A DNA stretch of 32,000 bases, taken from the NCBI RefSeq assembly GCF_000017845.1, contig NC_010546.1, forward strand, positions 1,050,001 to 1,082,000, in the 5' to 3' direction. Position numbers and translations under genes: made by a program. This DNA comes from Crocosphaera subtropica ATCC 51142 (lineage in GTDB: Bacteria; Cyanobacteriota; Cyanobacteriia; Cyanobacteriales; Microcystaceae). A model generated the notes under the pieces. That model did no database searches. It was not told the origin of the DNA and saw nothing but the letters and a program-made list of their open reading frames with translations. Below, piece after piece: positions 1 through 9,573 of this stretch (positions within the stretch are counted from its first letter, which is position 1; each line of letters starts with the position of its first letter).

Positions 1-312
1 GACTTTATAAGAGTTCTCATCATTGCTGAGAATGAACTTTTGCAAGCTTGGGATGAATTTGATCGTGAGTTAGATGTGAATGATTTAGGTGTCGTTCCTA
101 AAGGAGAAGAAGCTTTAGGTATTATGTATTTTCCATTTCGTCAACCTATCACTGACCCAACTAATATTAACCGATTTATTAATCGATTATTTACCAATTT
201 GCTTAGGCAGATGTATACACCCTTTCATGGACGAGATATTTCTCGTCTAAGTCGCATCAATGGTTATCTGTCCAAACCTCTTCAAGCAATCTTTATTACC
301 GGAAATTTATAA
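1..312 (+). CDS. 3' end of a hypothetical protein. The gene starts beyond the left edge, and this is the first visible gene of a tightly packed 3-gene operon.
   Basis: Frame 1 has no stop from position 1 to the TAA at 310-312, so the TTG at 40 in the ORF track is probably internal. The stop lies 11 nt before the next gene's ATG. I recognise no family motif. Confidence 0.5.
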   Translation, partial: DFIRVLIIAENELLQAWDEFDRELDVNDLGVVPKGEEALGIMYFPFRQPITDPTNINRFINRLFTNLLRQMYTPFHGRDISRLSRINGYLSKPLQAIFITGNL

Positions 313-323
313 AGGTGGTCAAT

Positions 324-1382
324 ATGCCAAGTCAAACTTTTGAAACACTTTTTGGACAATTTCAGTCTAGCCCCCAAGACCCTTTAGCTAGTATGGGGCA
401 ATCAACAGCAAAAAATTTTAATGCGTTCAATGTTCAGATTAGTTGTTTATTGGATCATGTCAATTTTCTTGAGAAGGTTGATCAACAAGATCCTATCTTG
501 AAATCTCAATTCTCTCGCAAAACATTTGAACAAGACGTTATTTCTGTATTTAATCAATTGGAAGATAACATAAGAACGCTTAGCCAAAGTGCTGTCCCTA
601 TTCTCAAGGCAATGAGGCACTCAAACAGTCTTGAGATAGGATTTGAGCAATTACGAGACGGACTACGGCAAACTGGCTCGGTTCAGTTCTTGGAATTGAT
701 GCAAGAGACTTTTGAGCAACAGCCAATCTCAGGGGAAGTGAATCAACTCGTCAGTTCTGAAAATCTTCAACAGTTATTTCAGAAGATAAAGAATAGTCAA
801 ATTCAAAGCTTCGTTGATGTTCAAGATGAGAAGTTGCATTTTAATATTCAGAAAGATCAGAATGAGGAATTTTTTGTTAAATTACCTGATAAGAATCAAC
901 AGAAAACGTCACTTAATCAATTAATACATCAAGATGATGTTGACGAGATATTAAATGCTTTTCTTCAAGGAGAGATAATCAACGCCTTTGTCATCTCTCA
1001 GGAAACTCAAAAGTCAGACACTATAACCATTGATGATATCCTGGTTGACCTAGGGTTGATTCCATCTCATGTATTGCATGAGCGTGTTCGTGAGCTAGAA
1101 GATGTGGGTTTGCCAGTCTATCAAGGAAATGATGGGGGCTTAAGTGCATTAGCGATCACTGGATTAATTATTGTTGGCGTTGGTATTGCTGCAGCACTCG
1201 TCGGTGCAGCTTTACTGATAGCCTGTAATACCACTGGTGATGACGATCTGTGTCGCTACGGTTTATGGACATTAACTCTTGGTCTGGCGACAGCTGCCAC
1301 TGGTTTGTTTCTTTTGTCTTGTGCCTATGGCGGCTGTGCCATAGCTGCTGAGCTTGCTGTGGAGGCTTTTAAGAGAATTTGA
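324..1382 (+). CDS. Hypothetical membrane protein. It has a Q/E-rich soluble N-terminal region of about 270 aa and two C-terminal Gly/Ala/Cys-rich transmembrane helices.
   Basis: The ORF track gives 315..1382 with a GTG start. The ATG at 324 follows AAAGGTGG by about 5 nt, which makes a better ribosome-binding-site geometry. The hydrophobic stretches LSALAITGLIIVGVGIAAALVGAALLIA and GLWTLTLGLATAATGLFLLSCAYGG map to roughly nt 1140-1334. The stop lies 3 nt before the next ATG. Confidence 0.6.
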   Translation: MPSQTFETLFGQFQSSPQDPLASMGQSTAKNFNAFNVQISCLLDHVNFLEKVDQQDPILKSQFSRKTFEQDVISVFNQLEDNIRTLSQSAVPILKAMRHSNSLEIGFEQLRDGLRQTGSVQFLELMQETFEQQPISGEVNQLVSSENLQQLFQKIKNSQIQSFVDVQDEKLHFNIQKDQNEEFFVKLPDKNQQKTSLNQLIHQDDVDEILNAFLQGEIINAFVISQETQKSDTITIDDILVDLGLIPSHVLHERVRELEDVGLPVYQGNDGGLSALAITGLIIVGVGIAAALVGAALLIACNTTGDDDLCRYGLWTLTLGLATAATGLFLLSCAYGGCAIAAELAVEAFKRI

Positions 1383-1385
1383 AAA

Positions 1386-1844
1386 ATGATTTTTTATGAT
1401 TTCTTGTGGCTTCCTGAACACATTGTTAACGACTTGAGGTTCTGTTTTCAGAAAACCTCTTTAGTTGGTAGTGAGTGTTGCGGTCTGATTCTGGGTAGCT
1501 ATCAAAAATATATTGCTCATGCGCAACAGCTTCTCCCTGTTCATAATGTGCATCAACAGAAAAATAGCTTTATGCTACCGTTACATACCTATCGTCAAGC
1601 CAAGTATATAAGCAAAAAGTGTAATTGGGATATTATCGGAATCTATCATAGTCATCCAAATGGTAAGCCCTATCCGAGTCCTATGGATGTTCGTGGCATA
1701 GAAAACTCCGACTATCCTTGGCTTATACTAGCACCTGCTTGTAATAAACAAGCTGGACTCGAATTAGTTGCATTTCAGCCAGGTACAATGAAGCCGATCA
1801 CCATTCATACCAAATCCGCTTTAGATACCCCCTTTAAAAATTAA
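1386..1844 (+). CDS. JAMM/MPN+ (JAB, Mov34/PAD-1 family) zinc metallopeptidase
   Basis: The JAMM signature is complete: E30 (SECCG) and H88-S-H90-x7-S98-x2-D101 (HSHPNGKPYPSPMD, nt 1647-1688). At 152 aa it matches stand-alone bacterial JAB proteins. Confidence 0.8.
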   Translation: MIFYDFLWLPEHIVNDLRFCFQKTSLVGSECCGLILGSYQKYIAHAQQLLPVHNVHQQKNSFMLPLHTYRQAKYISKKCNWDIIGIYHSHPNGKPYPSPMDVRGIENSDYPWLILAPACNKQAGLELVAFQPGTMKPITIHTKSALDTPFKN

Positions 1845-1866
1845 TAGCTTCACCCATGAAAACCCT

Positions 1867-1894
1867 TCTGCCCTCTGCCTCCTGCCTCCTGCCT
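1867..1894. repeat. Tandem heptamer repeat (YCTGCCY) x4
   Basis: Read directly as tctgccc tctgcct cctgcct cctgcct. It lies in the intergenic region just after the JAB gene stop. Confidence 0.85.
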
Positions 1895-2114
1895 GTTCTC
1901 AACGATAAGATAGGTTTGAAAAACAGGATTTGGTATCAATGTCAAAAAGATACATTTAGGAAACATAACGAATCACAAATTCCCTACTCCAGCAGACATT
2001 ATTAGCTGTTTCTTTCCCCCTAAATTGGCAAAAGGGGTCAACAAAAGTTGAACCCTACAATAAAAGTAAATTGTAAATCGTTGATTTTAACTATTTACTT
2101 TAAACTAGAACTAA

Positions 2115-2188
<74 letters not shown>

Positions 2189-2299
2189 TCGCCTTTCCTA
2201 GTATAACAGTAAGGTCTAAAAAATTGCAAGCTTTTTTTAAAAAAAAGATAACAGGTTTAGGAAATAGGCAACAGGCAAGGGTTACAGGCACTAACAAAA

Positions 2300-3256
2300 T
2301 CAAGACATGACTAACTCCCCTTCTACTTCTAACCGTTTATAATTGCTTAACATCATAAAATTTTCCGCCAGACTTTCTGCGACACTGGGACTGATCCAAC
2401 CCATTTGCCGTAGGATATGGATAGCTACAGCCGACTTAGCCCGTTTTGAGCCGTCGAGGACTTTGATGGCGAGTCCCATGCCTTCGCCAACACGGCCAAT
2501 ACATTGAATGCCTTCAGCCCCTGCTTTACTGACTAATTCTCCTTCTGTCAAACGCATTAACTCGGTGTCGAATGACCCGGCCCCTGCTACCATAGTGGGG
2601 TAATAGGTCATCGATCGCAAAATCCGTTCTAAGTCGAGGCGTTTCCCAGAGGACAGTTGTGCGTATAAATGAGCCATTTGGGAAAGTTTCATCGAATAAG
2701 TGGGTGCGCCACAATCATCGTGTGCGCCAATCAATTCAGCCCCTGGAATGCTCAATAATTCGCCAATTTTGTCTAAAATTAACTTCTGTACGGCAGATGA
2801 TCGCTTTAAATAGGTGTTTAAAGGCCAGCCTCGTTGCTGACACACAGCTAACATTCCAGCGTGTTTTCCGGAACAATTATGTTGAAGAGGACTACTTCCC
2901 CCTTCAGGAATGGGACATTGTAAGGCACTGGGATCAATATCAGCCCGCCACAACACATTAAACACTTGCCTAGCTTGTTCGACTGTACCTTGATGGGAAC
3001 TACAGATAATCGCTAAGTCTTTATCGCTTAAATCATAGCGTTCTAAGACTCCTGTGGACATCACCCCCAAAGCTTGAAAGGGTTTGAGGGCTGAACGAAC
3101 AAAAGAAGTGGTTTCTGAGTTACCAGCGACGGATAAGACTCGGCCACGATCATCACAGACAGTGGCTTCAATGTAATGGGTTGATTCGACGATCCCTTCT
3201 CGCAAGAGGTGAACTTCTAGTTTTGGTGTGATGTGACGTTTTGCTCTGCTGGTCAT
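2300..3256 (-). CDS. Asparaginase family protein (asparaginase_II / thermolabile L-asparaginase type)
   Basis: The 318-aa ORF contains HNCSGKHAGMLA, ALKPFQA and GAEG-type motifs that I associate with the Rhizobium-type asparaginase II family. This is a memory-based call. Confidence 0.7.
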   Translation of the reverse strand: MTSRAKRHITPKLEVHLLREGIVESTHYIEATVCDDRGRVLSVAGNSETTSFVRSALKPFQALGVMSTGVLERYDLSDKDLAIICSSHQGTVEQARQVFNVLWRADIDPSALQCPIPEGGSSPLQHNCSGKHAGMLAVCQQRGWPLNTYLKRSSAVQKLILDKIGELLSIPGAELIGAHDDCGAPTYSMKLSQMAHLYAQLSSGKRLDLERILRSMTYYPTMVAGAGSFDTELMRLTEGELVSKAGAEGIQCIGRVGEGMGLAIKVLDGSKRAKSAVAIHILRQMGWISPSVAESLAENFMMLSNYKRLEVEGELVMS

Positions 3257-3272
3257 AAATAATTAACTTGAA

Positions 3273-3773
3273 TTATAAACATAGCCAAACCATGCTATCC
3301 CCTGCCATAAATAGGGCTAATATTCCTGTGGTGCGGGTTAAGCGTTCCAAGATGGGGTTAATTTGATAGGAGACTATGAGTCGATCGCGGGTTAACATTT
3401 CTGGGGGTTTAGGCCAGGTTTGCCCGTCGTACCATCCTGACTCTTCGTAGAAGATGGTTTCTTTTTTCAGGCGATCGCTAACATAGTGCCACCCAAAAAA
3501 TAACTGTAGTAAGATCAAGGCCAAAATAAATCCGGCACCTAAATTACTAAAGAGAACAAAAGGCAGCACAGATTGACTCGGAGAAAAACTAGCTGCTGCA
3601 ATGGGACTGGTAATCAGCCACCCTATTGTCCAAACAATAGCTATTTTACGCCAAAATAGTGGGTTGTCTAAGGTTGCCCACCGAAAAAACCAAGATTCTT
3701 TTAACTCTTCATATTCGTTCACTGGTTGTTGTTCTAGGGGGACTGGACACACTTGTAAAGATGATTCCCTCAT
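3273..3773 (-). CDS. ycf36: Ycf36 / DUF1230 (CGLD27-like) membrane protein
   Basis: The N-terminal [24 protein letters not shown] motif is followed by two hydrophobic helices. It overlaps the upstream rsfS stop by 4 nt. The family assignment is from memory. Confidence 0.55.
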   Translation of the reverse strand: MRESSLQVCPVPLEQQPVNEYEELKESWFFRWATLDNPLFWRKIAIVWTIGWLITSPIAAASFSPSQSVLPFVLFSNLGAGFILALILLQLFFGWHYVSDRLKKETIFYEESGWYDGQTWPKPPEMLTRDRLIVSYQINPILERLTRTTGILALFMAGDSMVWLCL

Positions 3774-4213
3774 AGCCGTGATGATTGTGTAACTTCTAGT
3801 GATGAAAATTCTAACCTTTCTGCATGACCCCAGAAGGCTTCTAAGTTATAAAATTCTCGTTCTTCAGGTAAAAAGATATGAACGATCACATCTCCGAAGT
3901 CTTGTAAAACCCAGTTACCGTCGTTTTTTCCTTCTGTTTGTCTGGGAACTTGTTGATGGGTTTGATAGACTTTTTCTTCGATCGCTTCTGCGATGGCTTT
4001 AACTTGAGTGCGAGAAAACCCTGTCACAATGACAAAATAATCTGTTAGATAGGAAATTTCTGTGACTTTGAGGATGGTGATGTCACTGCCTTTGCGATCA
4101 TCGGCTGCTTCGGCTATGGTGAGAGCTAGGTTTTGGATTTGTTGGTCGCTGGTATTTTCGATCACTGTTAAGTTGCTTGAATAGTTGGCGATAGTATTTT
4201 CGTAATGGGTCAT
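3770..4213 (-). CDS. rsfS: Ribosome silencing factor RsfS (iojap-like)
   Basis: Contains [26 protein letters not shown] and [22 protein letters not shown], the typical RsfS/iojap core. Confidence 0.85.
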   Translation of the reverse strand: MTHYENTIANYSSNLTVIENTSDQQIQNLALTIAEAADDRKGSDITILKVTEISYLTDYFVIVTGFSRTQVKAIAEAIEEKVYQTHQQVPRQTEGKNDGNWVLQDFGDVIVHIFLPEEREFYNLEAFWGHAERLEFSSLEVTQSSRL

Positions 4214-4285
4214 TTATATTTCTATATATTGTACAGATTTTTTTTTAAGATGAGGGCATCAATGGCTCGGTGTTAATAAACTTAA

Positions 4286-4546
4286 CTAACTACTGCGATT
4301 AACCTCTTCTTCTAACCAGGGATCAACTGCTTGCCCATCTTTGCGTTTTAATTCAATTCTGATGCTTGTGTTGAGGTTAGAATTAGTAGGGACTGGTTGA
4401 GGGTGAAATGAAATATCGTAGGCATTGGGGTCTTCGTTTTGTTCTCTTAACCAATCTTGCACTTTAATGGCACAAAAAAAGGATTGTCCTTGCTCAAACA
4501 TCCGAGATATTTGCATTTGTAGGGTGTGGGGATTAACTCTAGGCAT
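4286..4546 (-). CDS. Small hypothetical protein (86 aa)
   Basis: Clean ORF with an ATG start, on the same strand as rsfS and 72 nt upstream of it. No motif recognised. Confidence 0.45.
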   Translation of the reverse strand: MPRVNPHTLQMQISRMFEQGQSFFCAIKVQDWLREQNEDPNAYDISFHPQPVPTNSNLNTSIRIELKRKDGQAVDPWLEEEVNRSS

Positions 4547-4784
4547 AAATTCTTCTATTTAACGTTTAATCTTATTTTCATTCTAGCTAATATTTTCCCC
4601 TTGTAACACAATTTTCTACACTGTTTCAACAACTTTTAACAAACTGGTTGCTTAAGTTGTTATCAGCTAATCTTATAAAGGACTTGGAGCGAAATTTACC
4701 ACCTGTTGATCATCTTGATTAATTAAATAAACCGTCTAAAAATAGGTTTATATATTGAGTATCTGATTTTTATATTATTTCTGG

Positions 4785-5642
4785 TCAACAAATGTTTAAA
4801 TTTAAAGATAATTGTTGACTTTTGATGACAGTTTTTTCGGTTTGATAGTTTCTAATAAAAATTTCTTGTCCTTTTTTGGCTTTTCCTTGTTTATAATTAT
4901 TCATGCCATATTGTAACTGCCAAGGAATAATATTAAAGTCTTGAAAATAGTTTCTAATCTCTTGAGCATCATCATAAGTAATTAACCATTTATGCTGACA
5001 TTCTTTCATGGTTTCGGCAAAGTCTTGATGATTAAATAAGGTATGTAAGTCGCCATCTTTGCCATATAGTTTAGATTTAGTTGCGGTTAAATAAGGAGGA
5101 TCTAAAAAAATAAATGTATTTTCACATTTGTTGTTGATAACTTCTCGATAATCTAAGTTGGTAATACGAATTTCTGGAAGAATATGACCCAACTTTTCAA
5201 CCCGAGCAATAGATGATTCTGTAAATCTACTGTTAAAGGATCTTTCTGAGTAGCCTCCTGATTCAATAGTTCCTGAAAAAGTAATCCTATTTAATACAAA
5301 AAAGCGCACTGCTCTATCAAAATTGGATATTTTTTCTACATCAACTTGACTTAATTCTGTAAATAATTCCCGTCCATTTTTTCTATTTTTTTTGATGTTT
5401 CTAAGTTCAGTAACTAATGTTTTTAAATCTGACTGGGCAACTTTCCAAAATAAGTACAATTCTGGGTTTAAATCATTAATCCAAATGTCAATATTCGGAT
5501 AAATTTGTTTAAGATAAATAAACACCGAACCACCCCCAACAAATGGCTCTCGATACTCAGAAAAATTGTTAGGTAATTGTTCTTGTATTTGTTTAACTGC
5601 TCTTGATTTTCCACCAGGATAACGTAAGGGACTTTTAATCAT
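4785..5642 (-). CDS. dam: Dam-type (alpha-class, D12) N6-adenine DNA methyltransferase, with no adjacent endonuclease
   Basis: Contains N-terminal PLRYPGGKSR, an AdoMet motif FVGGGSV, and catalytic FLDPPY. Motif I precedes motif IV, as in Dam. Confidence 0.85.
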   Translation of the reverse strand: MIKSPLRYPGGKSRAVKQIQEQLPNNFSEYREPFVGGGSVFIYLKQIYPNIDIWINDLNPELYLFWKVAQSDLKTLVTELRNIKKNRKNGRELFTELSQVDVEKISNFDRAVRFFVLNRITFSGTIESGGYSERSFNSRFTESSIARVEKLGHILPEIRITNLDYREVINNKCENTFIFLDPPYLTATKSKLYGKDGDLHTLFNHQDFAETMKECQHKWLITYDDAQEIRNYFQDFNIIPWQLQYGMNNYKQGKAKKGQEIFIRNYQTEKTVIKSQQLSLNLNIC

Positions 5643-5846
5643 AATTTAGCCTAAATTTTTAAGATTAATATTTAATAATTATCAGATAAACTCAGCATTA
5701 AATAAAGAAATTTTATAGCATTATTCTGACTTTAAGATATTAAGAAATATTGATTTTGATTAAATTGCATTTTTATTATGCGTTTTTTGTATAATTTTTT
5801 GGTATAAGTTGATACAATTAGACGACACTGTTACCAAAAAATAGTT

Positions 5847-6494
5847 ATGTATCGTCAACAGACTGCACAAATTCTTAAAGCTAACTTACAAATTGTACCC
5901 ACACTGATTGATTATTTAGAACAGGGTGAGGTGGTTTTATTACCGACGGATACGGTTTACACTTTAGTTGTCAATGGTTTAAAGCCTAAAGCGATCGCAA
6001 AATTGCGAAAAATTAAAAAATTTGGACAAGATCAACCCCTAGGAATTTTAACCAGAGGAAATAAAGCAGAAGAAGTGGCAATTTTAAACACTTCAGCAAA
6101 ACGCATGATATCCCATTTTCCCTATCCTATTACTATGATTGTACAGGCTCATCCTCAATTAAATCGAGAAATTACCCAAGGATTTTCTAAAATTTTTCTC
6201 TCTTGTCCTGACCCTTTTATTTATGATTTAGTAGAGCAAATTCCTTTTCCTTTAGTATCAGCAACTGCTAAAGTAGGAGGTGAACCTATTGTTAGTTTTG
6301 ACGCAGCACAACGCTATTTTAGGGATATCATTCCTTTAATCGTAGATGGAGGACGTAGTCGTTATGGACGCAGGGGAACATTAATTGATTTTACTGTAGA
6401 ATATCCAACTATTATGAATTTTGGACCGATTTCTGTAGATGATCTGCGTCCATTATTACCAGAGATTATTCTCCCGTCTCATTTAATGAAGTAA
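5847..6494 (+). CDS. YrdC/Sua5-domain protein (L-threonylcarbamoyladenylate synthase-like)
   Basis: Contains LPTDTVYTLV (compare PTDTVYGL) and K.RK....QPL motifs, and the 215-aa length fits a YrdC-only protein. Confidence 0.65.
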   Translation: MYRQQTAQILKANLQIVPTLIDYLEQGEVVLLPTDTVYTLVVNGLKPKAIAKLRKIKKFGQDQPLGILTRGNKAEEVAILNTSAKRMISHFPYPITMIVQAHPQLNREITQGFSKIFLSCPDPFIYDLVEQIPFPLVSATAKVGGEPIVSFDAAQRYFRDIIPLIVDGGRSRYGRRGTLIDFTVEYPTIMNFGPISVDDLRPLLPEIILPSHLMK

Positions 6495-6597
6495 GGATTA
6501 ATTTTTCTGTATCCCATCATTTAAACTTTAAAACTTTTTGACCTAAGTTTTGTCCTCAACACTGAGTTTTAATGATGGTGTTTATCCTATTTATGTC

Positions 6598-6613
6598 TGT
6601 AAAATTTAATACA
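6598..6613 (+). promoter_or_regulatory. Candidate NtcA-binding site, TGTA-N8-TACA
   Basis: An exact palindromic tgtaaaatttaataca lies 189 nt upstream of the hupS ATG, in the 307-nt AT-rich leader. I found no convincing TAN3T -10 box at the canonical spacing of about 22 nt. Confidence 0.4.
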
Positions 6614-6801
6614 TTTCATAAATTCTCTTGTCATGATTTCATGGTAATAATTAATAGAAAAACAGGGCAAAATATCAACAAATAATAAGAAAATTTACAG
6701 CATCAAAACTTATCTAAATAACAGTTAAATAAACCTTAAATCATGCCAAGAAATGGCTAAAATTATAGCATAATGACCTGAAAACCTATAAGAGACAGTC
6801 T

Positions 6802-7764
6802 ATGGCTAATGTTTTATGGCTGCAAGGTGGGGCCTGTTCTGGGAATACAATTTCGTTTCTCAATGCAGAAGAACCAACCGTCGTAGACTTAATTACCGAC
6901 TTTGGGATCAATGTCTTATGGCATCCCTCCCTAGGTTTGCAATTAGGTGATGAAGTACAACAACTATTACACGACTGTGTTAATGGTAAAGTCCCCGTAG
7001 ATATCCTAGTCTATGAGGGAAGCGTCGTCAACGCCCCCAACGGAACGGGAGAATGGAACCGTTTCGCCGGTCGTCCCATGAAAGACTGGTTAACCGAGTT
7101 ATCTAAGATAGCTGGTTTCGTTGTCGCTGTGGGAGACTGTGCCACTTACGGGGGTATTCCAGCCATGGAACCCAACCCTAGCGAGTCCCTTGGGGTTCAA
7201 TTCCTCAAACGGAACAAAGGAGGTTTTTTAGGGGCTGACTATGTGTCCCAAGCTGGCCTACCTGTGATTAATATACCCGGTTGTCCGTCACACCCTGACT
7301 GGATATCTCAAATTTTAGTCGCAGTGGCCACGGGAAGAGTCGGGGATCTCACCCTTGATGAATTCCACCGTCCCCAGACCTTCTTCCGTAGCTTTACCCA
7401 GACGGGTTGCACCAGGAATATGCACTTTTCCTACAAAGCAACCACCCAAGACTTCGGACAACGGACAGGATGTCTCTTCTATGATATGGGATGTCGTGGG
7501 CCCATGACTCACTCTTCTTGTAATCGTATCCTCTGGAATCGAGTATCCTCGAAAACCCGTGCCGGTATGCCCTGCTTAGGGTGTACAGAACCGGAGTTTC
7601 CTTTCCATGATCTTAAACCAGGAACAGTCTTTAAAACACAGACTGTGATGGGTGTACCCAAAGAGTTACCAGCGGGTATTAATAAGAAAGATTATGCGTT
7701 AATGACGGTGGTTTCTAAAGATGCAAGTCCTTCTTGGGCCGGTGAGGACTTTTTCACTGTGTAG
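6802..7764 (+). CDS. hupS: [NiFe] uptake hydrogenase small subunit
   Basis: Starts MANVLWLQGGACSGNTISFL and carries the FeS-cluster cysteines (GDCATYGG, PGCPSHP, C..C..PEFP). At 320 aa it lacks a twin-arginine leader, as in cyanobacterial HupS. Confidence 0.95.
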   Translation: MANVLWLQGGACSGNTISFLNAEEPTVVDLITDFGINVLWHPSLGLQLGDEVQQLLHDCVNGKVPVDILVYEGSVVNAPNGTGEWNRFAGRPMKDWLTELSKIAGFVVAVGDCATYGGIPAMEPNPSESLGVQFLKRNKGGFLGADYVSQAGLPVINIPGCPSHPDWISQILVAVATGRVGDLTLDEFHRPQTFFRSFTQTGCTRNMHFSYKATTQDFGQRTGCLFYDMGCRGPMTHSSCNRILWNRVSSKTRAGMPCLGCTEPEFPFHDLKPGTVFKTQTVMGVPKELPAGINKKDYALMTVVSKDASPSWAGEDFFTV

Positions 7765-7890
7765 TACAGGAAAAACCATTGATCATGTCAGAGTTCAAGG
7801 GTTCCAGGAATCACACTTATTCTCTTCCTGTGTTCCCTGTCCTCTTTTTCCTCTAAATTAAATCATTTGACCATTCTTGAGAGTAACATT

Positions 7891-9486
7891 ATGGCAGTAC
7901 AAAAACTAGAAATCTCTCCAGTGGGGAGAGTCGAAGGGGACTTAGATGTTAGGGTTGATATTGAAGATGGCCAGGTAGTCAATGCCTGGACCAAAGCCGA
8001 ATTATTTCGGGGTTTCGAGGTGATTTTAAAAGGAAAAGATCCCCAAGCCGGTTTAATTGTAACTCCCCGTATCTGTGGTATTTGTGGAGCATCTCACCTC
8101 ACTTCAGCTTCTTGGGCTTTAGATACCGCTTGGGGAACAGAAGTGCCTCGTAATGCTATCCTAGCACGGAACCTAGGCCAATTAGTCGAAACCATCCAAA
8201 GTCACCCCAGACATTTTTATGCTTTATATGCCATCGACTTAACCAATAAGAAGTACAAAAATAGTCCTTTCTACGAAGAAGCTTGTAAGCGGTTTAGTGC
8301 GTTTACCGGAACCTCTTACGAACTCGCTATTACCACCTCAGCGAAACCCGTCGAACTTTACGCACTATTCGGAGGACAATGGCCCCATTCGAGTTATATG
8401 GTTCCCGGTGGTGTCATGTGTGCGCCCACTCTCACCGATATTACCAGAGGTTGGGGCATTATGGAATATTTCCGTACCAACTGGTTAGAACCGGTCTGGT
8501 TAGGCTGTTCCTTAGAGAGATACGAAGAGATCCAAACCTACGAAGACTTTTTAGAATGGTTAGATGAGAGTCCTAACCATGCAAACTCCGATCTCGGTTT
8601 CTATTGGCGTATGGGCTTAGATATCGGTTTAGATAAGTATGGTGGTGGTCCTGGCCGTTATTTAACCTGGGGTTATCTTCCCCATGAAGACAAGTATCAA
8701 CATCCTACCATTGAAGGCCGTAACGCAGCCGTGATCATGAAAGGTGGTGTCTATGATAGCTTCACCGATATGCACCACATGGTAGACCATACCTTTGCAC
8801 GGGAAAATACCAGCCATGCGTGGTATGAAGAAGGAACCGCAGATGTGCATCCCTTTGATCGCACCACTCAACCTAAGCATATCAATACTAACGACTATGA
8901 GGGTAAATATTCCTGGTCTACTGCTGTGAGTCATAAGGACTTAGGCCGCATGGAAGTGGGTTCGTTGGCCCGTCAATTGGTTGCCGGCGGTAAGCATGGA
9001 GAAAGTTGGCAACACTATGATGGTTTAATCTTGGATATGTTCAAGAAAATGGGTGGCCCTAGCATCCATTTAAGAGAGTTTGCACGGATGCACGAATCTG
9101 TGAAACTGTATCGGGAAGTAGAAAGATGTCTGCGTGAGTTTAAGTTAAATGATCCTTGGTACATCAAACCCACTGAAAAAGATGGCCGGGGTTGGGGTGG
9201 AACCGAAGCCAGTCGCGGGGCCTTATGTCACTGGGTTGAAGTAGAAAAGGGTAAAATCAAGAATTATCAAGTGATTGCACCGACAACCTGGAACGTTGGA
9301 CCGAGGGATGGAAATCATACCAGAGGACCCATTGAAGAGGCGTTAGTGGGTATTCCCATCGAAGATACCAGCAACCCTGTAGAAGTAGGCCATGTGGCGA
9401 GATCGTTTGATTCTTGTTTGGTTTGTACAGTTCATGCTCATGATGCTAAGACCGGCAAAGAATTAGCCAGGTTCCGTACTAATTAA
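7891..9486 (+). CDS. hupL: [NiFe] uptake hydrogenase large subunit
   Basis: Has the N-terminal RICGICGASH Ni-binding motif and the C-terminal DSCLVCTVH motif. A tail of about 16 aa follows, of the kind removed by the maturation protease. The ORF track starts at TTG 7867. The ATG at 7891 gives 531 aa and is the more likely start. Confidence 0.95.
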   Translation: MAVQKLEISPVGRVEGDLDVRVDIEDGQVVNAWTKAELFRGFEVILKGKDPQAGLIVTPRICGICGASHLTSASWALDTAWGTEVPRNAILARNLGQLVETIQSHPRHFYALYAIDLTNKKYKNSPFYEEACKRFSAFTGTSYELAITTSAKPVELYALFGGQWPHSSYMVPGGVMCAPTLTDITRGWGIMEYFRTNWLEPVWLGCSLERYEEIQTYEDFLEWLDESPNHANSDLGFYWRMGLDIGLDKYGGGPGRYLTWGYLPHEDKYQHPTIEGRNAAVIMKGGVYDSFTDMHHMVDHTFARENTSHAWYEEGTADVHPFDRTTQPKHINTNDYEGKYSWSTAVSHKDLGRMEVGSLARQLVAGGKHGESWQHYDGLILDMFKKMGGPSIHLREFARMHESVKLYREVERCLREFKLNDPWYIKPTEKDGRGWGGTEASRGALCHWVEVEKGKIKNYQVIAPTTWNVGPRDGNHTRGPIEEALVGIPIEDTSNPVEVGHVARSFDSCLVCTVHAHDAKTGKELARFRTN

Positions 9487-9495
9487 TATGGGTAG

Positions 9496-9530
9496 GGTGG
9501 GCAATGCCCACCTTATTTGTTTATTATTTT
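9496..9530 (+). terminator. Rho-independent terminator after hupL
   Basis: ggtgggc-aat-gcccacc forms a 7-bp GC-rich stem with a 3-nt loop (9496-9512). It is followed directly by ttatttgtttattatttt. Confidence 0.7.
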
Positions 9531-9573
9531 AGTAAGCTGACATTAAATTCCTCTGGACTCATGAACAATTTGC

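Noticed and set aside
2526-2961. Track ORFs 2526..2714 (-) and 2659..2961 (+), inside or antisense to the asparaginase gene
   Set aside because: They lie entirely within a longer, motif-bearing CDS. Their composition (Arg/Cys-rich) is typical of shadow frames.
3601-4002. Track ORFs 3601..3792 (+) and 3799..4002 (+), antisense to ycf36 and rsfS
   Set aside because: They are shadow ORFs opposite well-supported genes, with no ribosome-binding site or motif.
7315-8934. Track ORFs 7315..7512 (-), 8297..8488 (+), 8379..8567 (+) and 8662..8934 (-), within hupS and hupL
   Set aside because: They are nested in the hydrogenase genes, whose frames are confirmed by metal-binding motifs.
7891-9486. Possible developmental excision element interrupting hupL, as in some heterocystous strains
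   Set aside because: The hupL frame is continuous from the N-terminal RICGICGASH motif to the C-terminal DSCLVCTVH motif, so no insertion is present.
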